Part shown: piece after piece, positions 7,208 to 16,229 of the stretch
How the letters are laid out: the number at the start of each line of letters is the position of its first letter
Numbering within the stretch: position 1 is the first letter of the stretch
Source: Pyrobaculum sp.
GTDB taxonomy: Archaea > Thermoproteota > Thermoprotei > Thermoproteales > Thermoproteaceae
Assembly (NCBI GenBank): GCA_046293555.1
Contig: JBKBOT010000002.1
Span: forward strand, 15,765-79,764
DNA length: 64,000 bases
Direction: 5' to 3'
The notes under the pieces: model-generated
Told to the model about the DNA's origin: nothing
The model's database searches: none
The model's input: the letters and a program-made list of their open reading frames with translations, nothing else
Program-made: the position numbers and the translations under genes

Positions 7208-10058
7208 ATCTCTTTTCCACAAGCCCGGCCTTGTGTAGTTTTTCCAGCTGTTCTTCTACGCTAGACTTCTCGAGCCCCGTCTCTCTAGATAACTCCTCTA
7301 GGTCTAACAAGACGCCTCGCCCTCGGCGCGCCACCGCCTTTATTAATTCGCCATCTACACCCAGCTTTGTGGAAACTAACGCCACGGCTTTTTCCACGTC
7401 TCCATCTACAACTCCCAGCCTTGTGGCAAGCCAGTCCAACATCGCCTTTCTATATTTTTGACTTTCTAGAAATTTCTCATATCTTTTTGTCAAGTCGATG
7501 GCGTAAAGTTTTAAATCTGCCACATATTCGTCTAGCCAGGGCTGTGGAAGTTCTAGCAAGACTGCTAGGTCTTTCTCTACGTCTACTGTATCTCCCAGCT
7601 CTCTTGCCATATGTCTGACCTCGTTCCATATACGTAACGCCTCTTCTGCCTTTTGTGATATATATTCTTCTCTCTTGACATCTTTCTCAGATAGATTACT
7701 TACGTCAATAAACTTCTGTCTTTGTGAAAACTTTTCTATTACCGCAGCCACTTTTCTCAACAGTCTTATCTTTTCTTCTAGCTCCCGCTCGGCCTCTTTT
7801 TTAAGCCTTTCATAAATCTCTTTAAGTTCCAACAGTTTTAACAAGACTTCTCTTAAGGCCTTGGCGTATGTCTCTCTGCTGTTGAATACAGGCCTTATCT
7901 CTGCGACCTCTAGCTGTTTTTGCACCCTGAGGGTACCCCACGGCGTCTGTTTCTCTATACTTACCCTGTTTAATGCGTGGAGCTGGCTTAAAAGTTCTGA
8001 CAGATATCTCCTCGCCAAGTCTTCTCTATATCTATACAAGACGTCGCCATGGGGCACCAGTACCCCCCGTAGCTTCATGAGTTCTATCATGTCGTCTTCT
8101 CTCAACTCCCTCCAGAGGTTTACTGGAAACAGGGTATGTATGAGCGACCTGACTTCTCTCTCATGTGCTGAGTCTCCTATGGCGTTTAACAATATTTCCT
8201 CTATCTCGAGATATGACTTCATCCCCTCTACCTCCCCGCCCTCTTCTAGTGCCTCACACATCTTGACTAGCGCCACCTGTTTTTTCTCTCTGCCTTTCTT
8301 CAAGGCTAGTGTGTATTTCAGGATGTTTTCTCTCGCCTTTTCTCTCCCCAGACGTAAATTGTTGATAAATTCTGGTGTCTCTACCTCATGTCTTAACAGC
8401 TTTCCAACTGTATATTTTATAAGAGATTGTTTAAGTTTTTCTATTTTGTCGGCGCCATATATCTGAAGTGTGACAAAGCCAGAAGTTGGCACCCTATAGT
8501 ATTTTTTCCAGTATGTAGATAAAAGTGGCGTCAATACGTTTTGGATGGTCTCTGTCAGCAATATCTTGCTTGTCACAAATATGGCCATGTGGTCCACCGC
8601 ATAATCTCCCAGCGACCCGTGGGCAATTACTTCAGCCAGCTGGCTGGCCGCCTTTTTTAACTCCTCATCTCTATCTACATGAAAGAAGAGGTATGCCTCC
8701 CGTATCCCCATGTTGTTCACCCAGACTGCGTGGCCGCAACAAGTCCTCAGCCTAATCCCAGAGACATCAAGCGTCTGTTCTATTTCTTCAAGCAGAGCTG
8801 GGGGACTTTCTAGCTTTTGGCCATATTCTCTAGCTACAGCCGCCACGTTTTGTAAATCCTCGCCAACCACACGTCTGGCGACGTCGTCAGAGATGGCGAA
8901 ATACCTACCCACCAGATGGCGAGAGCCAAGGTTCTCTTCTGACATCAGATAGACATAAAGCACCCCATCTTCTAGCAGCGTGTAGTAGAGATAGGGCTCA
9001 TAAGAGACGTTTTTTGGGTCCCTCAAGTCGACATCTTTACCCCTCAATATGAGGTATCCCCTAGCTGCACTCATGGCATCTTTGTCGTAATAGGGGATCC
9101 TGTATAGATAGATCCCACGGGACGACTTGGCAAAGACCTCGTCTTTATGCGGCATACCTGCAAAGGCTAGCTCAAGCAACTCGTCGTCTACATCTGGGTT
9201 TACCCCCTCTTCTCTTAATAAGTCAGCCAGCCTACGTCCCTCCTTTTTGTAGTGAAAAAGCCTAGCCACAAGTTTCAGCAAAAGCCTTGGGGTCACATCG
9301 CCTTTCCTCTTGGCCAGGTGGTATAACGCAGCTAGTTCATGTAACGTAAAGGGGCTAAGGGGGTCTAACTCCCCCCTTCTTATCTTAGCTAGCCTCTCTT
9401 CGGCAGAATACGCCTCAAGTCTCTGTTTTACAACTTCTATAAAGTGCCAGAAGGCGAACCTTGTGTCCACCACTATTTCTTTATAGACTCTGCCAGAAGT
9501 TATGTCAAAAACGTCTGGAACAGTGTTTTTCAAGATTGTGTAATATAGCTGTGGGGTAAGAGCCACGATGATACCCACTTTGTTAAACCGCTCTGGATCT
9601 CCCAACACATGGCGATATGACCTAGGCTCTAGGAGGGCTCTTATATAGGTGGCCACTCTTTGTAACATCTTCATAAACCTCTCGTCTGTCAGGACGCCCA
9701 ACTTGTGGGCAATAGCCATGCGGGAGATCTCATCTGCCTCATCTATTAACGCCAACATGGGCTTGTCACGTTTCTTTGACGCCACCTCTATGACAAACTC
9801 ATGTTCTAGCGACAACGCCGTGCGTATTACGTCAAAACCCTCCCGTTGGGCAATCACCTCTATCTCGTCTAGCAGCTCGCTTTTGCCCCAGCCATACGGG
9901 GCGATAACTACCGCCAAGACGTTGTTATTCCCCTCTCTTACGGTCCTCAAGACCTCTACCGCCTCTGTTACTTCTTTCTCCAGCCCTACGGCTTTATGTA
10001 GCCTAGAGAGGTGTGTAACCCCGCTGGGGCTAAAAGGCAGATCCACGAAGGCATACAC
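7197..10058 (-). CDS. large AAA+ P-loop ATPase with coiled-coil and C-terminal winged helix
   Basis: Walker A APYGWGKS, Walker B LIDEADE, LSPFT...GDVTPR lid motif, coiled-coil region, terminal DLEELSRETGLEKSSVEEQLEKLHKAGLVEK. Confidence 0.8.
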   Translation of the reverse strand: MYAFVDLPFSPSGVTHLSRLHKAVGLEKEVTEAVEVLRTVREGNNNVLAVVIAPYGWGKSELLDEIEVIAQREGFDVIRTALSLEHEFVIEVASKKRDKPMLALIDEADEISRMAIAHKLGVLTDERFMKMLQRVATYIRALLEPRSYRHVLGDPERFNKVGIIVALTPQLYYTILKNTVPDVFDITSGRVYKEIVVDTRFAFWHFIEVVKQRLEAYSAEERLAKIRRGELDPLSPFTLHELAALYHLAKRKGDVTPRLLLKLVARLFHYKKEGRRLADLLREEGVNPDVDDELLELAFAGMPHKDEVFAKSSRGIYLYRIPYYDKDAMSAARGYLILRGKDVDLRDPKNVSYEPYLYYTLLEDGVLYVYLMSEENLGSRHLVGRYFAISDDVARRVVGEDLQNVAAVAREYGQKLESPPALLEEIEQTLDVSGIRLRTCCGHAVWVNNMGIREAYLFFHVDRDEELKKAASQLAEVIAHGSLGDYAVDHMAIFVTSKILLTETIQNVLTPLLSTYWKKYYRVPTSGFVTLQIYGADKIEKLKQSLIKYTVGKLLRHEVETPEFINNLRLGREKARENILKYTLALKKGREKKQVALVKMCEALEEGGEVEGMKSYLEIEEILLNAIGDSAHEREVRSLIHTLFPVNLWRELREDDMIELMKLRGVLVPHGDVLYRYREDLARRYLSELLSQLHALNRVSIEKQTPWGTLRVQKQLEVAEIRPVFNSRETYAKALREVLLKLLELKEIYERLKKEAERELEEKIRLLRKVAAVIEKFSQRQKFIDVSNLSEKDVKREEYISQKAEEALRIWNEVRHMARELGDTVDVEKDLAVLLELPQPWLDEYVADLKLYAIDLTKRYEKFLESQKYRKAMLDWLATRLGVVDGDVEKAVALVSTKLGVDGELIKAVARRGRGVLLDLEELSRETGLEKSSVEEQLEKLHKAGLVEKRYVA

Positions 10059-10135
10059 GTTAACAACATGCCGCCAGCTATATATTTACATTAGACAAAA
10101 CACTAAGGCCACCACAAAAAATATAATAAGCCTAC

Positions 10136-10678
10136 ATGCCACCTTTAGTGTTGAGAAGATGTGAGGCGGCAGATATCTCCCACATATATGAAATTGAGGC
10201 GGCGTCTTTCAAGCCAGACGATATCTACGGCATAGAGCTTCTAAAGTTCTTATGTTCCTACTGTTTTGACCACTCTTATGTATATGTGATGGACGGCCGG
10301 CCTGTGGGCTATATCATAACCTGTATCGAAGACAGATCCGCGCATGTGATCTCAATCGCCGTGGCGCCAGAGTACAGACGCAGGGGCGTCGGCCGCATGT
10401 TGTTATGTGTCACATTAGAGCTGTTAATATCGAAAAAGGTGGCTGAGGTATTTCTAGAGGTCAGGATTTCCAACACCCCCGCGATTTCTTTATACAAGTC
10501 GGCGGGATTTGAGGTGTCTGAACTACTTAAAAACTACTATAGCGACGGCGAAGATGGCTACAGGCTCATATTAAGAGACCTGCAAAAAGCTAAGGAGTTT
10601 TGTAAGAAGGGCCGCAATACGGGCCCTCCTACTGGCAATAAACTTGGCGTATTCAACAAGAGAGATCTCGCCCTGTAG
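10136..10678 (+). CDS. rimI: N-terminal acetyltransferase (Ard1/RimI family GNAT)
   Basis: HVISIAVAPEYRRRGVG, LEVRISNTPAISLY, NYYSDGEDG. Confidence 0.9.
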   Translation: MPPLVLRRCEAADISHIYEIEAASFKPDDIYGIELLKFLCSYCFDHSYVYVMDGRPVGYIITCIEDRSAHVISIAVAPEYRRRGVGRMLLCVTLELLISKKVAEVFLEVRISNTPAISLYKSAGFEVSELLKNYYSDGEDGYRLILRDLQKAKEFCKKGRNTGPPTGNKLGVFNKRDLAL

Positions 10679-10751
10679 ATACGCCTCTTCTAGCACGTTG
10701 TTTCTAGCAGTTAAGAACTACTGTAGTAGCCTTAATAGCTGTGGATAAGAT

Positions 10752-11267
10752 GTGGACTTGTGTATAACAAGCGGCTGGAGGGGGGGCACCGGCAAGTCTA
10801 CATACACCTCGGTCTTAGGCCACATCTGGAGAGACGCCTTTGGGCTGGCTATACGTCTATCTACACCTCTAGATAGAACTCGCGGAGGTGGCATCAACGT
10901 GGTGGACTTCCCCACGTTTCAGACTACAGACGAAATCTATCTCGAAAGGTTGGCGAGATGTGCTGCAGTGATCTACGTGGTAGATGAGGACATAGAGAGC
11001 TTAAGAGCTGTGGAGGTCTTACACCCAATTACAAAGAGGGAGGTGTGGGGAGTTGTGGTGAATAAAGTCGTGGGCAAGCCCAACAGGATATTCCTGGGGG
11101 CATACAGGAGGTTTGGCCAAGTCTATGTGGTGCATTTCGACATAAAGCTGGCGTTACACAAAAGCGTGGGGGTGCCCCCATATAAGGCGAGATCGCCCGC
11201 GGTCTTGGAGATGGCTAGGTCGGCTGTAGACATCTTGAAAAGACATAAATCTATATCTGCCCTATAG
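10752..11267 (+). CDS. short MinD/ParA-like P-loop protein
   Basis: Deviant Walker A SGWRGGTGKST, VVDFP, GVVVNKV. Confidence 0.65.
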   Translation: MDLCITSGWRGGTGKSTYTSVLGHIWRDAFGLAIRLSTPLDRTRGGGINVVDFPTFQTTDEIYLERLARCAAVIYVVDEDIESLRAVEVLHPITKREVWGVVVNKVVGKPNRIFLGAYRRFGQVYVVHFDIKLALHKSVGVPPYKARSPAVLEMARSAVDILKRHKSISAL

Positions 11268-11270
11268 CTA

Positions 11271-12038
11271 GTGCGCGGGCTTGTGTTAAACCGCCGCCGT
11301 GAGAAGATCTTGTTGCTAGCAGATACCCACGTGGGATATGAGGTAGAGCTCAGGAGGGAGAGAGGCGTAAATGTGGTTAGCCAAACCCAGAAGTTGGTAA
11401 ACTCCATAATAGAGCTAGCTGACATCTATAACGTCACCTCCATCGCCATACTGGGAGATATAAAACACGAGCTGCCCGTACCTAGAGAAAGCGTGGAGGA
11501 AGTCAAGACCTTTCTCAAAGAGGTCGCCAAGAGGGTGCCGCTTTTGTTAATCCCGGGAAACCACGACTCCATGTTGCAAGAAGTCGCAATTGGGGTAGAT
11601 GGTGCTGAGGTGGGGCCCTCCCGCGGCGTACTTCTAGGAAAGACGTTATTAACTCACGGCCACGTGAAGCCCGTCAAGACGGACCTGGAGGCTGCCGACG
11701 TGATTGTCATGGGGCATACCCACCCGGCGGTGGTTATACAAGACGAGATAGGCTACGTCACGAAAGAGCCTGCAGTAGTTAAGATATATACGCCGCGGGC
11801 AAAATTATGTAGAGCTCTATACGAGGAGCCCTGTAGACGTCGTGGGGAGATAAAAGTCGTGGTGTTGCCGGCATCTCACCCACTCATAACCGGCGTAGAC
11901 ATAAGAGAGGTCCCACGTATGGCCGCCGAGGGGAGAACACTTCTGAAATACGTCGAGTGGAGGCCAGAGAGAGTGGAAGTATACCTCACAGATTTGACCT
12001 ATCTGGGGTCTCTTGTAGATTTAACAACTTCGCCTTGA
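11271..12038 (+). CDS. metallophosphoesterase (calcineurin-like, COG1407-type)
   Basis: ADTHVG, LGDIKH, PGNHD, THGH, MGHTHP. Confidence 0.88.
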   Translation: MRGLVLNRRREKILLLADTHVGYEVELRRERGVNVVSQTQKLVNSIIELADIYNVTSIAILGDIKHELPVPRESVEEVKTFLKEVAKRVPLLLIPGNHDSMLQEVAIGVDGAEVGPSRGVLLGKTLLTHGHVKPVKTDLEAADVIVMGHTHPAVVIQDEIGYVTKEPAVVKIYTPRAKLCRALYEEPCRRRGEIKVVVLPASHPLITGVDIREVPRMAAEGRTLLKYVEWRPERVEVYLTDLTYLGSLVDLTTSP

Positions 12039-12081
12039 GATGAGGTCATCATGTCTCAGGTGCTGCCCGCTTCGCACACAC
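12028..12081 (-). ncRNA. candidate box C/D 2'-O-methylation guide sRNA
   Basis: Degenerate C box (GTGTGCGA), 12-nt guide, D' CTGA, GAC, C' ATGATGA, 12-nt guide, D GCGA; TATA-like GATATAAA at 12100-12107 upstream. Confidence 0.65.
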
Positions 12082-12108
12082 TAGAGGCTTTCCACAATGT
12101 TTATATCT

Positions 12109-12867
12109 TTAGCCCCTCCGTGCCGATATAATCCACCCTGTATGCATAACGTCAAAAATCTCGGGCCTTAACTCCCCCAGAGATGTCTTCCACTTACGTA
12201 AGATAACCTCCTCGATAGATATGCCAAAAAACTTAGCCCGCCTTAGTGCCGACACGCTTTTCTGCATATGTTCTACCGTGGTGGAAAATATCACGAGCCT
12301 CCCACCGGGCTTTAGGGAGCTAGCTGCGTGTTCTACCACATTCCAGGGGTCGCCCATATCTAGAACCACGGCGTCCACGTCTCTAAGGCCGAAGCCGCAT
12401 GTAGCCACGTCTCTTAGCTGTAGTTCTACATATTGTTCCATACCTGCAATCTTCAGGTTCCGTATGGCCACCTTTAGGTGGTCTAGTCTTTTCTCAAAAC
12501 TATATACGACCCCCCACGGCCTTATGTACCACGCCAAAATAGCCGTGAGAAACCCCGACCCCGTGCCCGCCTCGGCCACTTTAGACCCCGGCCCTACGCC
12601 CGACGTCTTTACGATATACATGGCGTCTTTCGGGTAGATGGCTTGCGCCTTGATTTTAAACTTCTCAAGTATGTCAAAAATTGTGGCGGGCAACGCCGTA
12701 AGTCTCACGCCGACAGAAGACAGGATAGTGACGCCGTATGGCGCCCCCACGAGCTGTTCTGTGTCCACATAGCCTCTCACCGTCTGTATCTCCCCACTGC
12801 CAACTCTGGCCACAGTCTTGTATCCACTCTCGTCTAGTAACAATGCCCACTCACCCCTCTTAAACAC
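12109..12867 (-). CDS. trmI: tRNA (adenine-N1, A57/58) methyltransferase
   Basis: QAIYPKD, EAGTGSG, LDMGDPW, HTGW. Confidence 0.92.
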   Translation of the reverse strand: MFKRGEWALLLDESGYKTVARVGSGEIQTVRGYVDTEQLVGAPYGVTILSSVGVRLTALPATIFDILEKFKIKAQAIYPKDAMYIVKTSGVGPGSKVAEAGTGSGFLTAILAWYIRPWGVVYSFEKRLDHLKVAIRNLKIAGMEQYVELQLRDVATCGFGLRDVDAVVLDMGDPWNVVEHAASSLKPGGRLVIFSTTVEHMQKSVSALRRAKFFGISIEEVILRKWKTSLGELRPEIFDVMHTGWIISARRG

Positions 12868-12886
12868 AGAAACAAGATGTCGACAT

Positions 12887-13384
12887 TTAAAAACTGACTA
12901 TATGCCACCTAGAGAAAGTACGCGCCACCACCTCCATGTCTTTATCTCTCCCAAAGGCAGCCGCCCTGTAGCTAGCCAGCAGGAGGTCACCTTCTCTAAA
13001 TCCCGCCACAGAGGCCGCCACGGCGAGAGGTACCGCCACGTCTACCACCTTATAGATAGGCTCCTGACCTCTCGTCCTTATGGTTACACATAGTTGATAA
13101 AGTTCTGGCAGTATCTCGCCTACCAGCTCACATTTGGGCATGCCGCCTAGCCTTAACCCAAGCAGAGAGTTTAGTCTAACTGTCTCTTCTTCAGAAATCC
13201 TCATGGCTAAAAACGATAGGAGCTCCGGCGTGATTACCCTAGCCACACGGCGCCTCAAGAGGCTATGTGGATGTAGAATTCTACTGCCCACAATAGCCAT
13301 GTAGGCAAACTCCGCGGCGAGACTCCACAATACCGCCCGGGCCTCCCGTTCTATGGTTAACACGGCTAGACTATGGCGTTGCAA
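12887..13384 (-). CDS. hypothetical protein
   Basis: 165-aa ORF filling the gap between trmI and the tRNA. Confidence 0.6.
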   Translation of the reverse strand: MQRHSLAVLTIEREARAVLWSLAAEFAYMAIVGSRILHPHSLLRRRVARVITPELLSFLAMRISEEETVRLNSLLGLRLGGMPKCELVGEILPELYQLCVTIRTRGQEPIYKVVDVAVPLAVAASVAGFREGDLLLASYRAAAFGRDKDMEVVARTFSRWHIVSF

Positions 13385-13425
13385 TATATAGCCGTCATCT
13401 AACTCTGGCGGCTGTAGACGTCAAG

Positions 13426-13433
13426 TATAAAAA
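13426..13433 (+). promoter_or_regulatory. TATA box of tRNA-Arg
   Basis: GTATAAAA(AA) about 20-28 nt upstream of the tRNA 5' end. Confidence 0.55.
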
Positions 13434-13453
13434 ATATGGCTTTCGTAGAGACA

Positions 13454-13544
13454 GGGCCCGTAGCTCAGCCCGGATAGCCGAGTGTCGGTCCACAGCGGCG
13501 GCCTCCTAAGCCGTAGGTCGTGGGTTCGAATCCCACCGGGCCCG
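13454..13544 (+). tRNA. tRNA-Arg(CCT) with a 16-nt non-canonical intron at position 22/23 (13478-13493); CCA not encoded
   Basis: Removing CCGAGTGTCGGTCCAC restores the D-stem GCTC/GAGC; anticodon arm GCGGC-CTCCTAA-GCCGT; T loop GTTCGAA; BHB-like motif at the junctions. Confidence 0.93.
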
Positions 13545-14177
13545 CTACCTACGCTCTACATAACGCCCGGCGGCTCTTATCTTGGCCACCTCGCGTTCTA
13601 CGGCTTGAGCTCTTAGCCCCATCTCTTCTCTATATCCAGCCCAAAATAGCTCTTTTAGCTCTTCTGACTTGGCCCCATATATGTCAAGAGTTCTTAACAA
13701 CACGTTGACGTCACGTGCCAACAAGACTGCAGTCTTGCGGGACCAGCCCCTTTTCACGTCCCCCAGCCCGAAGTCTATAAAATACAGCTTGTCTCCACTT
13801 AGGATTATATTTGTGGGCGCCAAGTCGCCGTGGATCAGCCCAGCTTTGTGCATCCTGCCTACAGACATACCCACCTTTTTAAGATAGGAATGTTGCCCCC
13901 TGTTTATTAACTCACGTAGGTTTTCCCCCCCTATGTACTCCATATATATAACTGTCTCTTCTGGGTCGAAAAAGTAGATAGTGGGCACATCTACGCCCAG
14001 AGTGTGGGAGATATACATATTACGTACCTCGTTTATAGTTCTCCTCCTTCTTATCTGGAAGTCTAGAGGGGGGTCCCTGTAGCTTTTAGGTTTTCGCCAC
14101 TTGGCGACCACCTTAAGGCCAAACCAGTCTATTAGGTAAAGCTCCGCCTCCGCCCCCTTGGCTATAAGTATGGCCAC
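13545..14177 (-). CDS. bud32: KEOPS kinase/ATPase Bud32
   Basis: KGAEA, PKSYR.P.LD, HGDLAPTN, IDFGL. Confidence 0.93.
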   Translation of the reverse strand: MAILIAKGAEAELYLIDWFGLKVVAKWRKPKSYRDPPLDFQIRRRRTINEVRNMYISHTLGVDVPTIYFFDPEETVIYMEYIGGENLRELINRGQHSYLKKVGMSVGRMHKAGLIHGDLAPTNIILSGDKLYFIDFGLGDVKRGWSRKTAVLLARDVNVLLRTLDIYGAKSEELKELFWAGYREEMGLRAQAVEREVAKIRAAGRYVERR

Positions 14178-14207
14178 AGTATTTTTTTATGAGAGTAAAT
14201 ATACAAC

Positions 14208-15326
14208 ATGTGGCAAATCTATAGACCTGACGCGATAGCTGTCTGGAAAGAGCCTGTAGTTAGAGAGAGGCTTAGGTGGTACCACGCCGTGATGCGAGAC
14301 ATTGCCCCTGCCAAATACCATATAGCCGCAAGGATAGAGGCGCCGCCAGATTACGCCACCCTAGATACACAAGACCTATGGAAGCTCCACCAGGAGCTGT
14401 CAAAGGCTTTTGATGGAGAGTGGCTTAAACAGAAAGAGCGGCCGGACATCTCTCTTACAAAAAGAGAGCTGCCAGAGGCGTCATTTCTAGACGTAAAGAT
14501 AGAGCTAGGAGAAAGAGAGCTGAGGAGATGTACGTTATGTGAGAGGAGGTGCGGCGTGGATAGAACAAAAGGCAGAGGCGCCTGTCTTCTTGACGACAAG
14601 GCGTATGTGGCCAGCTTTTTCCACCACCTAGGCGAGGAGGCGCCCCTGGTGCCCTCCGGCACCGTGTTTTTCGCAGGGTGTAACTTCAGGTGTGTATTTT
14701 GCCAAAATTGGGACATCTCTCAACATCCAGAGGCCGGGGTGGAGGCCACGCCGGAGGCTCTCGCCTCCATACAGATAAGGCTTAGGGAAGAAGGCGCCCG
14801 CAATATAAACTGGGTTGGGGGAGAGCCCACGCCAAATATCCCACATATCTTAAAGTCTCTAAAGGTGTTAGCCAGGAGGGGGGTAAACGCCCCGCAGCTC
14901 TGGAATAGCAACATGTACCTCACCCCAGAGGGGCTCTCGCTTATACTCCACGTTATTGACATCTGGCTGCCTGACCTTAAATATGGCGACGACAGATGTG
15001 CCTTGCGGTACTCAGTAGCACCTAGGTATTGGGAGGTAGTTACCCGTAACTTCTCGGCTATATGTAGGAGGGGGGAGAATATCATAATCCGCCACCTAGT
15101 CCTGCCAGGTCATGTGGGCTGTTGTACAAAACCTGTACTTAAATGGATTACAGAAAACTGTAGCCACGCGTTAGTAAACATAATGGATCAATACAGGCCG
15201 GAACACCTCGTAGTGAAGCTAGACAGATACAGGGAAATCAGGAGGGGAGTAAACAAGAGAGAGATGGAAGAGGCCTATAGCTATGCCGACTCGCTGGGGC
15301 TTGCGTGGAGAGAAGTCACCAGATAG
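14208..15326 (+). CDS. radical SAM protein, PflX (PFL-activating enzyme-like) family
   Basis: CTLCERRC, HLGEEAPL, GCNFRCVFCQNWDIS, RHLVLPGH. Confidence 0.88.
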   Translation: MWQIYRPDAIAVWKEPVVRERLRWYHAVMRDIAPAKYHIAARIEAPPDYATLDTQDLWKLHQELSKAFDGEWLKQKERPDISLTKRELPEASFLDVKIELGERELRRCTLCERRCGVDRTKGRGACLLDDKAYVASFFHHLGEEAPLVPSGTVFFAGCNFRCVFCQNWDISQHPEAGVEATPEALASIQIRLREEGARNINWVGGEPTPNIPHILKSLKVLARRGVNAPQLWNSNMYLTPEGLSLILHVIDIWLPDLKYGDDRCALRYSVAPRYWEVVTRNFSAICRRGENIIIRHLVLPGHVGCCTKPVLKWITENCSHALVNIMDQYRPEHLVVKLDRYREIRRGVNKREMEEAYSYADSLGLAWREVTR

Positions 15327-16207
15327 TACACCCTCATGTGTGACACAGCGTCGTGTTTTACCTCTATCTTCCCTGTTAATAACAATATCGCGGGGATGTA
15401 AGGACTTTCCTCAATTTTCCTTCTTGTCTGCGGCTCTCTTAACGCCTGGCGCCACGCGTCATGTATCTTAGACTGAGGCGCAAGTCTAAGCGCCCTCTCT
15501 AGGAGTTTAGCTGTCGTCTTTATACACCTGCCCGAGGGGCAGTCTTGCCCCGCGGCAATAACCTTTGTGGAGTAGTAAACCATTGGGATTGTTATCCCCA
15601 GCCCTGAGGTGGGGTCTTTGAAAACTACGGCAGAGCGGTTTTTCCACCTACTTGCTATTCTCCACATGAGCTTAGAGACTAGATCTAAATCATCTACGTC
15701 AAAAATGCCGCCACGTATCACTCTGTCTGCAATCTCCTCCTCGTCGTCGCCCTTTATCTGTAGGGACCTCAGCCTAGCCATTATGTCAAAATCACGTCCA
15801 TCCCTCCCCCCTCCAATAGTTCTCGAACTGACAGCCTCAATAGGCTTACCGCTTTCAAAAAGCCTCTCGACACCCTCAGCTTTGTTACATGTGTAGACAG
15901 AGAGAGATGTAGAGTAGCCGAGAGCCACGGCTCTCACTAGCGGGGGTCCAGCCACCCAACACACTCTCTCGCCCACAAACCTATATACAGAGGTGTAAAC
16001 CCGTGGTACATATTTCACCACCACGTCGAAGTTATCCACAGCCTCTAACAACGCGATTTTGTTAAACACAGGTCCGGAGGTTAGTATAGACAGTTTGGCT
16101 TGTACTGCAAGCGTCAATACGCCGAGGCCGCCTAACGGCGATGACATTACGAATATCTCTCTGGGCCTGAAATTTTCTATACACTCCACTAGGGACGTAC
16201 AAAGCAT
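15281..16207 (-). CDS. hypothetical protein, possible degenerate PLD-like N-terminal domain
   Basis: 308-aa ORF; VKYVPRVYTSVY occupies the position expected for an HKD motif. Confidence 0.6.
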   Translation of the reverse strand: MLCTSLVECIENFRPREIFVMSSPLGGLGVLTLAVQAKLSILTSGPVFNKIALLEAVDNFDVVVKYVPRVYTSVYRFVGERVCWVAGPPLVRAVALGYSTSLSVYTCNKAEGVERLFESGKPIEAVSSRTIGGGRDGRDFDIMARLRSLQIKGDDEEEIADRVIRGGIFDVDDLDLVSKLMWRIASRWKNRSAVVFKDPTSGLGITIPMVYYSTKVIAAGQDCPSGRCIKTTAKLLERALRLAPQSKIHDAWRQALREPQTRRKIEESPYIPAILLLTGKIEVKHDAVSHMRVYYLVTSLHASPSESA

Positions 16208-16229
16208 TCCACAGTCTTTTTACAGCTAT

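Noticed and set aside
13520-13708. 62-aa ORF starting MGSNPTGP
   Set aside because: Translation of the tRNA T-arm, antisense to bud32
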